Source of the DNA: Octopus vulgaris | Taxonomy: Eukaryota | Length of the DNA: 64,000 bases | Assembly (NCBI GenBank): GCA_951406725.2 | Contig: OX597829.1 | Span: 34,348,001-34,412,000 of the forward strand | Direction: 5' to 3' | Part shown: in pieces, positions 1-12,344 of the stretch | Layout of the letters: each line of letters starts with the position of its first letter | Position numbering within the stretch: position 1 is the first letter of the stretch | The notes under the pieces: generated by a model | The model's database searches: none | Told to the model about the DNA's origin: nothing | Seen by the model: the letters and a program-made list of their open reading frames with translations, nothing else | Translations under genes and position numbers: made by a program

Positions 1-685
1 ACTGTTGAGAGAGAAAGAGAGAGATAGATGCATATCATCCCAGGCCAAGCAGACAAATGATTAGCCAAGTGCTCCTGAAAGCTTACTTATTTCAATCTAT
101 GTTTGTCTGCTATTGTTTGGAAAAAAGATGTCACTTTTCTTCTATGTATTTGTTATGCAAAAAAAGAAATCACTGACTAACTGTTAAATTAATGTTTGTA
201 TGCCTGCATGTGTGTGTGTGTATATGTATGCACACATGGATGGATGTATGTGTCTACATGTGTATGTGGAATCACATTGAGAGAAAAGGTGTATAACAGC
301 ATAATCATACTTGTGTTGCTCATCTATCAGATAAAAATATTTTTATGAAATAACAAAGATTTTTAACACTGAAGACCTGGAAATTGAAACATTTATGAAG
401 AATTACTAAACAATGTTAAACTGATTTTGCACATAATTTGGCTCTTAGCAAATAAAAGATTAATTCTACTTTGTTGAGAGAGATGTTATTAATATACATT
501 ACAGGTAGTAATTTCTGATTTTTCAATGAAATAAATTATTACAATTAAGGATTATATAATTATAATTTATTTTAAATTAATATTTGATAAATTAATTAAA
601 AATATTAATTTTGAAAATTAAGAATTTGTATATTAAGTATGATACTTTATTACTGAAGCCTAACCTGTAAATATGTTTATTACAG

Positions 686-804
686 ACTTGAATATTTTAA
701 ATTAATTGAAGAATGTGTGAGTCAGATTATTTTGCACAAACATGGTATGGATCCTGATTTCAGTTACACAAAACGATTTGAACTGGATATTGAAGACTTG
801 TTAG
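686..804 (+). CDS. dia: Diaphanous-related formin, internal exon (end of FH3/DID-dimerisation region)
   Basis: tacag|...TTAG|gtatgt. Translates LEYFKLIEECVSQIILHKHGMDPDFSYTKRFELDIEDLL, matching the Diaphanous YYKLIEECISQIVLH..G.DPDF motif. Upstream exons were not found in the window. Confidence 0.92.
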
Positions 805-1912
805 GTATGTTACCATAATGGATTTTAGCTATGTTTGGAATCTATTGTTATTATTCATTTTCACATTAGAAATTATATTTTGTGTATACATAGTCATGTA
901 TTTTCTGAGAGATGAACATTTTCATTGGGTCAGCATTATCCCTTCTGGCTACCTGTTTTATGTAAGACTGAATGTACTATAATTCAGAATATGAAGTAAA
1001 ATTAAGGAAAAAAAAAATTGAAAGAAGTTAGTTCAAGAATCTATTCATAAAATATTGTCATGAATTCAATTGTCAATGTTAGCTCTTATCTTTCTCATCA
1101 AATTCAGCATCCATGGCCAAAATAACTTAAACTTTTAGCGTCCTGTTAAAAAGTCACAATCATAAATAATGATAGTGCTGAAAATTCCTAAACATGAGTT
1201 TGTCTTTCTTTCCCAAATGCTTATAGTGTTTGTAATTGTGGTCAGATTGCTGTTAAAGTTGGTAGTATTGCAGAAAAAAGTTGTTGTGTTTTTACGTATG
1301 TGGTCATTTGTGCTAAAAAAATAATGGACATATTTAATTAATTGCATCATGATAGCTAAAGAAAAGATTACTAAAAATGTTGAAGAGAGATATTGGTAAC
1401 AAATTAAATGGAATTGGTAATAGACATGGGCATACTAAATCACAAATAAACAAAAAACAGTTTTATTTTTACTATTTATCATGAAATTTACATGCAAGCT
1501 GTTAACTTCTACCAGAAACAGTATGCTCAGACATGCCCAAATTTCATTGCCTATAGAAACAAAGTTGACTGTTCCCTTTTGTTCAGATTACTTTGTTGGG
1601 TGATTAGGTTGGTAACGACTCAGTGGAAAAATTGGAAAACAAAGACTCAACAAACTTCATCACATCCGGAAGGTATCTTTTGACAAAGAATGCCAAAGGT
1701 GTTGTGTTTGACCATTCTTCAAATAATATTTCATCCAAGTCACTTGATGAAAAATCAGACATATCAAACTTAGACATTGATATGCTTATCATCTTCAGTC
1801 CTTTGCTGCCATTAATTTGTCAAATCATTAAATACATTATCACTCAAAGAATGAGTAAGCAACCATTTTGCAAAGATATTTTTGAGCAAATACATTTTTA
1901 AAAATCCTTTAA

Positions 1913-2133
1913 TCCCTTTACTTGTAAGGTTAAATTTTATGGTTATTCCATTAATAATGTTGAATATCTACTAAAATTGAATTGGTATTTTCTGCAAGTC
2001 CTATCTAAAAAAAAAACTTGACATATCTTAACAGGCATGTCAAGTTTTGTTGAAGAATGTCATGTCTGAAACTCAATAAGGTTAAGGGTAATGAAATTTT
2101 GACTGGATATATCTGATTTCCACAGTAAAGGGG
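1913..2133. mobile_element. piggyBac-type MITE
   Basis: TTAA-(t)CCCTTTAC ... GTAAAGGGG-TTAA: short TIR with TTAA on both sides. Confidence 0.6.
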
Positions 2134-2682
2134 TTAAAAAGAACGTTAACAATAATAGTATGATTCATATGAACTCAGGCAGTACCATGCAGGTTCATAT
2201 TGTACATGATTTTGAGAGTTGATATTCATTTACTGATTCTGATCAAAGCTATTATATTTAATACATACTTATTTCATCTTCGGCTTTTGTCTCACTAAGA
2301 ATATGTTTCATTTAGAACTTATTTATCCTTGATTTTAAAATGAATTCACTAAGTTCTTTGTTGATTAGAAATCCTATTCTTCTTATATTGTTGCTTGTCA
2401 CAGTTGATGTGATCATGTGCTATTGTAGTAACCAACCTTGGGTATGAGCACATGGATGGAGGTGGCAATCATGTGAAAAACAAAATAGTTTCCTATTTTT
2501 CTATCTCACTAACTTTAGTGGAAGTGGGGGAGACAATATATCAGGTTTGACTCTTTGTAGTAAGAAAGAAATGGATTTATATTTTCATCCTTAAATTTGT
2601 GTGTGCATATAGAGATATAAATTCCTTCATATTATGATGTTACTATAGTTTATATAATTATTTCATTTCATATTCAATACAG

Positions 2683-2849
2683 AGCAAATATCAAATGATA
2701 AAGTTGGTGAAGATAATGCAAAAATTGAAGAAATGAATAAAAAGCTTGAATTAGAACTGACTGCCCGGCAAGAAGCAGAGGCCAAGTTCTTAACACTACA
2801 AGATAAAATGAAAGAATTAGAAACTGAAAATATCCAAATGAAAGAAAAG
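2683..2849 (+). CDS. dia: Diaphanous formin exon, coiled coil
   Basis: tacag|AG CAA...AAG|gtttcg. Phase 1 in, phase 0 out. EQISNDKVGEDNAKIEEMNKKLELELTARQEAEAKFLTLQDKMKELETENIQMKEK contains the Dia-like ELTARQEAEA segment. Confidence 0.9.
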
Positions 2850-4177
2850 GTTTCGTATTTTTGTTCTTTTTTTTAAAATTTAATATTAAACCTTTTAAAG
2901 AGTTTATATTCCACTTTTACTGTTCTGTTACAAAAATTATATTGAAAAATCAAACAAAAAAGACTCCTTTCTTTCCAACAAGCCTCAGAGGCTTTGGAAA
3001 GTCTCATGTGGTCCTACACTTTCACTCCTTTGAATTCTGAAATATTTAGACAATAGTAAGATACTCGTTAGAAAAGAAATGAACATAAAAATGAACAAAA
3101 GTTAAGGTAAAAAGATAGAAATTACAAGATAACAGATATATGAATGGTAAAATGTAGAATGATTCAAAATTCCCTTTAGTATTGATGAAAACAAACTAGC
3201 AGCCAAAGTTAGCTTCTTAATGTATGTCTTGACTCCCTGCTCTCTTTACCTCTCTCCCACGGTTCCCATGTCCTTATTTCAAACTTTGCTCTCATCCTTC
3301 TGCATTTATTTCTTCACCAGTCTTTCATTGACTTTCTTGGCTCAGGAATTCCAGGATAGCTACTCTACTGCCTTGCTGTTCATACTGACAGTGCCCCTCT
3401 CACACATATGTATACACACTCCCAGATATGGGACAGTTGAATTAGGTGTTTCCATTTAATTGAATAGGATCACTGTCATATTGTACCACGTTTAGGAAAA
3501 TGAAATATATAAAAGGAAAGAATAAAGATAAAATAGTTCTGGCAACGATCACGCCCTAAAGGTGTTTGGTTTTTGCCAGAACCGCCAGATCAAGATTTTG
3601 TTATTAATTAAACAATGTTGACTAATATGATTGCACGTAAGGGAACTGAAATTCCAAAACAACTGGTTTTTATTGTGATATTTGGATATTGATAATTCAA
3701 GCATAAGTCAACCATTGTTGATGACAACTAATTGATGTCACATTCATATTGGTTAAATGAACTAATTAGTTCATTTTACTAAATTCTATAAACATATTCT
3801 GTAAAAAAAAATGTGTATTTTTATTCATATTTTGAGAAGTAAAATAACTATATGTTTAAAGTATCTAAATATTTAACATTAGAATTGTAGTTGTGCTTTT
3901 TTGCTATTGGTATGGATTCAATAGATCTGCAACAGAAAATGTATATCTGTTCATTGCAATTCTGCATTATATCCTCTATGACTCTCAAATTTGCCCTTTC
4001 TAATTTATTGGCTTGTTTTAACTTGGATAATGTCCACTCGTTTACATCTGTTCACTCCTAATATATTCTAAATCCACATTAAATCTATGGACATGTGTTG
4101 TCACATTCATTCTTTTCATCAGTTTATGTCTATATCTTTGTGCAAATTATGTATAGCTTTCATTTTCTGTTTTTCAG

Positions 4178-4603
4178 ATTAATTCAGGAATTGGTGCTAT
4201 GATTAACAAAACTATTGGTGGGTCTGGTGGAAATATTCCCGTACCTCCTGCACCTCCCTTACCTGGTGGTCCTTCAGTCCCTCCTCCACCTCCACTACCC
4301 AACATGGGTGCAAATGTTCCACCTCCACCACCATTACCTGGTGGTGCTCCAAGAGCTCCTCCCTTACCTGGCAGCATACCCAGAGCACCACCTCCACCTG
4401 GTGCGCCCAGAGCACCACCTCCACCTGGTGCGCCCAGAGCACCACCTCCACCTGGTGCGCCAAGAGCACCACTTCCACCTGGAGCGCCCAGAGCACCACT
4501 TCCTCCTGGCCTTCCTGGACTAGGTGTGAAGAATGAAAAAACATTACCAAGGCGGAAGAAATACAATGTTGATGTGAAGATAAAAAGAATCAACTGGACA
4601 CAA
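4178..4603 (+). CDS. dia: Diaphanous formin exon, FH1 polyproline domain and start of FH2
   Basis: tttcag|ATT...CAA|gtatgc, 142 codons. Poly-Pro tracts followed by [20 protein letters not shown] (FH2 lasso Trp). Confidence 0.95.
4379..4510 (+). repeat. Coding 27-bp tandem repeat, about 5 units (PRAPPPPGA)
   Basis: cccagagcaccacctccacctggtgcg three times identical, then two variant units. Confidence 0.95.
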
Positions 4604-5094
4604 GTATGCTACTATTTTCTTTCCATGATTTATTTTGATTATTGATGTATCTTTCAGTACACACAGTTATATCAAGAACATGTTATTTTATCCCATTATT
4701 TGTTGTAACAATACTTTCATGCATAAACACTATGCTTAAGTCTTTTACATCATATTTCGCACAGAAATTACTTTGATGCATATGAATCAAATTCATTCTA
4801 AATGTTGGAATCAGAAAAATGTTCTGAAATAATTCAACTGCATTTGCAGTTTGAACTTATTTTAGTTTCAGATGGGCTCTTGAATTAGCAAAAGCCAAGT
4901 TTCTTTACTAAAACATTAAATCTATAAAATATAACTATTTACTCTACAGTTATTTTTTAATCACATAGAATTCTGTTTATATTTCTTTTCTCCTTTTTGT
5001 TCATAAAGAACTTTCCACTATCACATGCATGAGCTTGATATATGGAAACTCTGTGGAAGCCTGTTGTATGTATGTATGTGTGTGTTTATGTGTA

Positions 5095-5481
5095 TCATCA
5101 TCATCATTAACTCATAGATGGAATTTGTGCAGCAGATTTTTTTTCTAGTTGGATGCCCTTCCTGTCACCAACTCTCATGTGCTTCCAAACAAGGCAATGG
5201 TTACCCATGACCAGACATGCTTTCATGGAAGATTCGAAACAAAGAACACCACTTGCATTATGGTGACACTTGCTTACAACTATCGTGTGATGTCAAGGCA
5301 AGGATACAGTAACACACACACAAAGGCTTCTTTCAGCTTCCGTGTACCAAACCCACTCAAGGTTTTGGTAAACCTGAGATTTTAGAAAATACTCATCCAA
5401 GATGTCATGTAGTGGAACTGAAAACGGAATCCAGAACCATACAGTTGGGAAGCAAAATTCTTACCTTACAGCCATGCCTGC
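5095..5481 (-). mobile_element. tRNA-derived SINE head (OR2-like) joined to an RTE-like tail
   Basis: 5325-5481 is the reverse complement of the SINE head at 38217. 5095-5200 resembles the RTE 3' end with (CAT)n. Confidence 0.65.
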
Positions 5482-5501
5482 AACTTTCAATATGTATATA
5501 T

Positions 5502-5534
<33 letters not shown>

Positions 5535-5910
5535 GCAAGTGAGAAGGGATTAAATAATCTCTGCATTCACCTCAGGAAGTACTCATGCAAGTGCCACCTG
5601 ATTTTTATTACTGTATTTGCATTGATGGCAAATTTGTAAGACACCAAGATACTAGCAATCAGCTTATCCTTCTGTTCTGGATATCAATCTTTCTTTCTTT
5701 CTGTAGCATAGCTGCAGTCCAGTGACTGAAAAAAGTAATAGATAATGAAATAAGATAAAAATCTTTCATTGATAATATCACTGTATCATTGAGTGCTTTG
5801 TGTTGTCTATACTGGCTATGTAAATGTGTATATATGTAAGTCTAATAATTTTATCCAATTTCAGTTCTTTCCAATCTGTATTATAATAAGAGCCATATTT
5901 CTCTGTTTAA

Positions 5911-6131
5911 CCCTTTAGTGTTTAAACCGGCCATATCTGGCCCAAATATTCTACATGTTTTATATTCAAACTGGTGATATCTAGCCTCTCACACCTAACC
6001 TACATTGACATTCTAAAAATAAACAATCACATCATTGAAATCTCAAAGCAGCAAGGCAATGCATGATTGATTAAAAGTAATTTGAGTAAAAAAAATATTA
6101 CAATTAACAGAGTAATCTGAACACAAAAGGG
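5911..6131. mobile_element. piggyBac-type MITE
   Basis: TTAA-CCCTTTAGTGTTTA ... TGAACACAAAAGGG-TTAA. Confidence 0.7.
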
Positions 6132-6589
6132 TTAATGACAGCAACATTACAATACATAATTTGCATGATGCCACACTCATTCAGAGATAGTCAATTGGCC
6201 ATGAATATTTCCCTCTCAGATACAACAATTTACTGATGAAATGTGAAAAGATAAAGAGAGGGAGGCTGGAAGAACTACAAAGGTGATAAAAATAGTGACA
6301 GGTTTACTAAAACTGAAGGTTTGTAGTAAATCTGTTGCTATTTTTATTATGTTAATTTTGCTGTGAACTTATTTTGAATTACTGAATGCAATTCCTTTTC
6401 CACATGAAACTACTTAATTTTGGGGTGGGTAAACTATTTTAGTCAGTAAAACATTTGTGAGGAAAATATACTATTTTTCACTTAAATATTGTATGTTTGT
6501 TGATATACAAGAATTGTGAAATTATAAAAAGGAAGTCACATGAATATTCCTTTTGAATAAAACTTATTCACTGAAAAGCATCAGAGATG

Positions 6590-7900
6590 CTTTGCCTCAT
6601 GCAGAAAGGAGCTCTGTTTCAGCTGCCATGCCTATTTCCTTAGTGGCTTTTTCTAGGTGTTCCTGACCAATCTTCTGTGGGTAATAGTGCACAAAAATAG
6701 CTAGAAATTTGTGGCAGCCAACTTCAATTAGGAAGGAGGCCTTGTCAGTCAAGTCCTGATATTTGTTTTTTTTTTAGCTGGTGAGAAGTGTTGAGTCTGT
6801 CCTCACCAAGACATTGTATGTTCAACTATGGTGATTGTTTTTGCATTCCTAGAGAGCTAGAACATGTCTTGTCACGGTATGTTACTCTGGGAAGACAAGT
6901 CTGCCCTTCAGGCTCACTTGCTAGCTGCTGAACAGAAAACCTGTTTCTTACCATTGCTTTTATCTTAGGAGCCTTGTCACCTTCCCTGAGGAATCTGATA
7001 CATTTAGGTAGAAGGCTACTGTTTGTTAGCCTTAACTCTCTGCCCGTTTGTAAGTTTGGTGATTTCTGCAAGGACCTTGTCTTACCTTCAATAGGGTCAG
7101 CTTTCTGTCAGTGCCCTGCAATTCAAAGTACAAAGAGTTACCTATAGGATGGCTGTTCTTTGTCTCATATTTTAAGGTTATTTGAGATTGACAAAAGGCT
7201 AATGAAGGCACACAGGAAGAAGGACAATTTTTCCTGGCCAGTACTGAAGTTCCTTCGAGGATAATGGGCACTCAAGTACCTGGTCCCACTGTCCCTGATG
7301 GGCAAGTTTTACTGCTTTCACACAACAGTTCTCCTCTATTGAATCACGAACCCTTTGCATTTGAATTCTCTTTTGCTCCTGGCATTAGTGTTTTTTCATT
7401 TCCTGACACTGTAGTTGTTGAATCCTATCCACCCATGACAAATTATTCTTCCAATCTTCTGATGCTTCCAGTATGTTTCCACTTCCTTCACAGCTTCCTA
7501 GGGAATTACTTTCTGCTGCACTTTACAACCTTGGTATGTGTGACTTTCTCATCCTCATTCAGAAGCAATGGTACTGATTGCTCTTGCCCTGGTGGCTTTG
7601 AATTCTTCCATCACTGATGAAATTGGTTGGCAGAGCTTAGCGATCTTACTGTACAAATTGACTGAGCTGGAAGATGGGAGAGTGCCCATTTACCTTTACA
7701 TGAATTTACTGCACAGACTCTCCATTGCCTCCACCTGAGTCATAGTAAAGTCATAAAGCAAAACTGACCTTTTGCAGTCTGGATATGATGTCATACTGGA
7801 TGTACTATACTTTAAACCTTCCAAGTCACTAGCTTTTTTCAGCTGCTCTCAACCAGTTGTTTAGTTGGGTTTTGTAAAGTCTACCTTTCATTTATTCTTT
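6590..7900 (-). mobile_element. Decayed non-LTR retrotransposon 3' part, HERO-like (R2 superclade, restriction-like endonuclease)
   Basis: Minus-strand fragments with stops and frameshifts: LLYDFTMTQVEAMESLCSKFM, VNLYSKIAKLCQPISSVMEEFKATRAR, VKAVKLAHQGQW, DKVLAEI, IEVGC..F, KEIGMAAE. These fall in the order I recall for HERO-clade ORFs. Confidence 0.65.
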
Positions 7901-7917
7901 CCATATGCATATGCTAA

Positions 7918-7960
<43 letters not shown>

Positions 7961-8032
7961 TCTTGCATTCATATGATGAAATAAATTTGTGTTTGTGTAA
8001 TTATTTTTATTTATTTATTTATTTATTTATAG

Positions 8033-8147
8033 GTAAATGTGAGAAACTTTCATGAAAACTCATTTTGGGCACAAATCAATGAAGAGAAATTTGCTAATGA
8101 CAGACTTATAGATGAAATCAGAAACAGATTCAGTGTAAAAGCCCAGG
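8033..8147 (+). CDS. dia: Diaphanous formin exon, FH2 lasso/linker
   Basis: tttatag|GTA...CAG G|gttagt. VNVRNFHENSFWAQINEEKFANDRLIDEIRNRFSVKAQ carries the second lasso Trp. Confidence 0.9.
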
Positions 8148-9034
8148 GTTAGTTACTTCACTTGTTTCTACACAGTCTTTATTCAACATGTATTTTTTTA
8201 TGGAGTTATGTTGATTCTTTTCAGCTATTTTAGTGAAGGGTTGTGTCTTGTTACCTTTTCATGTAGCTACAAAGGGATTTCTCACTTTTAATGTATAGTA
8301 AGGTGCTCTATTGTGTCTTAAAGTATTTTCTTCTTAATATAGTTAACCAAGTTAGGGGTTTCAGAAAATAGAGGATACCTACCAATTGTACTTTCTTTAT
8401 GAATATATTTTATTCATTTCTTTCTTTGGTATGCAACAAAACTTTTGTAAGGAAAATGTCTGGTTGATTATATAATTTTACTTGTGCCTATCTAAGACAC
8501 CTTACAGGGATATAAGGTAAATTTATTCCCAACATGATTTGGATTGCAAACAGAAGTTTGTAATTAAGTACTTTAAGCTATTAAGATTGTTACATTTCTA
8601 TTTCCACCAACATATACAAATATATTGTCAAAAGAATATATATTTATTAATTCCAAATTATTTTATAGAATGTTAATTAGAAACCCTAGAATTTATTGTA
8701 AATCTGTGTAAATTGTTTCAACTGTCCTCATTTTTATTACACACTTTCAAATTACTCCTTTTTTTAAAGCAAGGAAATGAGTAATTGTTTGAAGCTTTAT
8801 TTTTGAAAGTACTTTAAGAAATTACACGTGAACAGTTATTAACCTTTGAGTTCTGCTCTGGTTATGAAAATGTTGAATGAATAAATAAGAGTATATTCTA
8901 ATAATTATAGAGTACTAAAATTGATCAGGAATGTAAAGACTGAACAGTGATACTTGGAAGAAATTCAAGTTCAATTTGTATAATAAAAGTTAGTGTTTGA
9001 TAATTGATTCTGGCAGTCAGGGTATTGATTTCAC

Positions 9035-9240
9035 ATTTTGGCACAAGGCTTGTAATTTTGGGGGAGGGTTAAGTTAATTAAATCAACCCCAGTGTTCAAT
9101 TGGTATTTCATTTAATCGATCCTGAAACGATGAAATGCAAAGTCAACCTTAGCAGAATTTGAACTTAGAACGTGGAGACAGATGAAATGTTGTTAAACAT
9201 TTTACCTGGTGTGCTAACGATTCTGCCAGCTCACTGTCTT
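9035..9240 (-). mobile_element. tRNA-derived SINE (OR1-like), diverged copy
   Basis: Similar to 33740-33956: atcgatcctgaaacgatgaaatgcaaagtcaacc...gaatttgaact...ttctgccagctc. Confidence 0.7.
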
Positions 9241-9514
9241 ATATCAGTCATAATATTAAAAATAATTTGTTGTTGCTTACCTCAGGGTCAGCCCTAATTA
9301 AGCAGATCTATAATCAAAAATATTCCAGCTGTGACCATTTTATTCTTTATTCTTATTAGGTGAAAGACCACCATCTGGGCAATTTTCTACTAGTTGCTAA
9401 ATATTTACACGATTCCCAATTTGTGTAATTTTTCTGGTGTTACATCTATTTTTTTTTTTTGTGTGACCTTTATTCATTTAATAGTACTCACTCGCTCAGT
9501 AGATAAATTTAGGA

Positions 9515-10346
9515 CATAATTACAGAAATATGCCCCACCTCCCAACTTCGTTTTCTCACAAGTTTCTGAAAAAATGGGTGTTTTTTTATGAAATTTTCTA
9601 CAAATCCTTTCAGCTGGTGTAGATTGCAATTATATCAGAATTTAATATGGTAAAAAAATTGTGAGGGATGGTAGATATTTCACATATCTTAACTTTGTTT
9701 CTTTATATGTTTGGATTAATTATGTAGATTAGAATTATATTGGAAAAAAAATTACTCTTGAAACTCATAAGATCCCTGCTAGCTAACTAAATGACTACAT
9801 AGAAGATGGGCTATCATGAAGTTTGTTTAAAAGAGTGATTGAGATTGTGCTAAAATAATGAAAGAAATATGTATTCAGTACTTAGTGTTAGCATTGTACT
9901 CACCCTTCTACAAAGATTTCTTTCAGAGAATTTACAAGGAAGAGAGGAATAGTTCTCAAAAGTAACTTTTTTTTCAACATAATTCAAATCTACATCATCA
10001 AAACATATGAAGAAACAAAGTTAAGATGCACAAAATATCATCCCCCTCTTGAATTTGTTTTTACATTGAATTCCAACAATAATCATTTCTACAACATCTG
10101 AAAAGTATTTGTAGAAAATTCCATTTAAAGAAAGTTATAAGGAAACAAAATTCAAACATGTGAATTATCTAAATCTCCTCTTTTCCCCTCCTCAAAAACA
10201 TTTTTTCCTACAAATTCTTATATTTTTTTACTACAAATTATTACATCTGAAACATATTTGCAGAAAATTACATTAAAAGATATTTGTTTTTCAGAAAGTT
10301 ATGAGGAAATGAAGTTAGGTTGGGGGACACACATCTATAGTTATGT
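9515..10346. mobile_element. Non-autonomous DNA transposon with imperfect ~55-bp terminal inverted repeats
   Basis: acataattacagaaatatgccccacctcccaacttcgttttctcacaagtttctgaaaa versus tttcagaaagttatgaggaaatgaagttaggttgggggacacacatctatagttatgt. Confidence 0.5.
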
Positions 10347-12344
10347 TGAGTATACACAGAGACATTAAAAAATACTACTTCAAAGCAAAATCGTTATGTT
10401 ACAGTGAATAAAAACTTGTTTTGTGATTGAATCATGAAATTGAAATCTTCAAGATTTGGACCACATTTTGATTAAAAATGTATTAAAATTGGAATTTTCT
10501 AGACAATGTAGACTTTAATAGTTGCTTCCTTTTAGTAAGAGTTACTTACTCCAAACTAACTAATAAGCAGCTTTCTCCATTATAGTATAGATGTAGTATA
10601 TCCAGGACTACATGCTCTATCCACAAATAGTGTGTAACAATGGAGATTGACTGCAATTTGTAGCAGGTTGAGTGACCATATAGTAGTTTAATCATTGCCT
10701 TATTAAATGATTTTAATTTCATGGTATCTTTAAATTGCAATATCACACACTCCTTTCTCTTAAAGCCTAGATCATTTCTTCCATTTAACTTTTGTTCAGA
10801 TCTGATTGTTTTTTCACGGGTAACACATTCAGCTCCTTCAATTAATTTTTAGATGTTTGTGATGATACTCTGTTAGGAATATATGAAAGACAATTTTGTT
10901 TGTGTGTGTGTTTGAACATACTAGAAGATAAGCTGCTTGGAAAATTCATTTGTGAATATGTTTGTGTTAGAATTTCATGAACAAATATTTCATGTGTACT
11001 TTTTATTTCTTTTTTACTAGAATCTTGTCCAATGGGAACAGGTGCTACAATTTTTTTCTTTTATATGAATATTTTAATAAGTAGTTTATCACACTGAATT
11101 TAATCCTTGTTAAGAGATGACAAGCTTGTTTCTGTGTTCATTTTTTTTTTTTTTTGTATTCTCTCCTTGTTAAAATCCGTTTTTGTTCACTAAGCCCTAT
11201 CCTTTTCTCACCCCATTTTCTTCCTGTTGTTCTTAGTATCTTTCTCACTCACTCTCTCTCATATAAAACTTGGAACACAAAACACTAAATTTGTATAACA
11301 GCATAAAAGTGAACAATCACTGAAGAAATGAGGCAGTTTTATCAAGATTTTTTTAGATAAACAAAGAGCAAAATTACAGTAACTTAATGAAAACAACGAT
11401 AAGGGAAAATAATGCACCAACATCAATTTTTAAACTATCTTAAAATACAATGCACATATTTACAAATTTATTAATTTAAAAACTTTACTGTGTCTGACTC
11501 AAAAATTATCAAAAATAAAATAAGTTGGCGTTCAAACAAGATATGAATACTTCAAAAAATTAGATTTTATATTTCTAGAAATGATTTAAGACCAAAGGAT
11601 AATTTGTCCAAAATATGATTGCCATCAATTTGTATTATATATGCATATATTTGGAGTGGCATGTGCATGCATACATGCATGCTTTTCTAAATATTATTAA
11701 ATCCTTTACTGTTTTGAAGGTATCTGTAGAAGAGATACTCCTGCTCACAGTTTACATCTGTGCTTTTTCTATATTAGAATGGATGGAATGGGTTTTATTG
11801 ACATGGTTGCTTTTACAGTTATAGATTTTATTCAAATATAACATAGCAATGGTATCTGTCAATTAAATGAACAAGGAATCTGATGCAAGTAGAGTAATGT
11901 GTCTGTGGACTTTTGCCCATAGACACAATGCAACAGCTGTAATAATACTAAAGTTTTAATTCATTACCATATGATATAGCTCCAATGGATGTCCATGTTA
12001 TTAATACATTATTCTTTGATTTTATTTTTACAATAATTTCAATATGCACAAAAATATTCTTTTTACTGTTACTTGTATATTACACATATTCTCCTGCACT
12101 CACACATATGTAACACATTTGCTCCTATTGACACGTAGACTCACATATTTTGATAGAAAACAAGCTGTAGCAACCAACTTGACCATTTTGCTACCCTCAA
12201 AAACAACTTCTTTGGTCACAAAATAACACTTTTTATTGCACCTTCATATGTATACATACTCTCAAGATACCCTTGCACTTTCATTTAAGTCCATGCATAT
12301 TATTGAACATTGTGTATATATGCTTAAATATGCATGTAGGTATA

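Noticed and set aside
330-505. Possible upstream dia exon ending at acag|gtagta
   Set aside because: I found no reading frame resembling the expected preceding Dia segment (FLSILQHLL).
1127-1900. ORFs 1604-1792(-) and 1623-1901(+), acidic SDFSSSD stretch, possible piggyBac remnant
   Set aside because: I could recognise no transposase motif or matching second TIR.
4174-4593. Gly-rich minus-strand ORF and the two His/Val-rich alternative-frame ORFs
   Set aside because: Shadows of the FH1 polyproline repeat, with no independent coding evidence.
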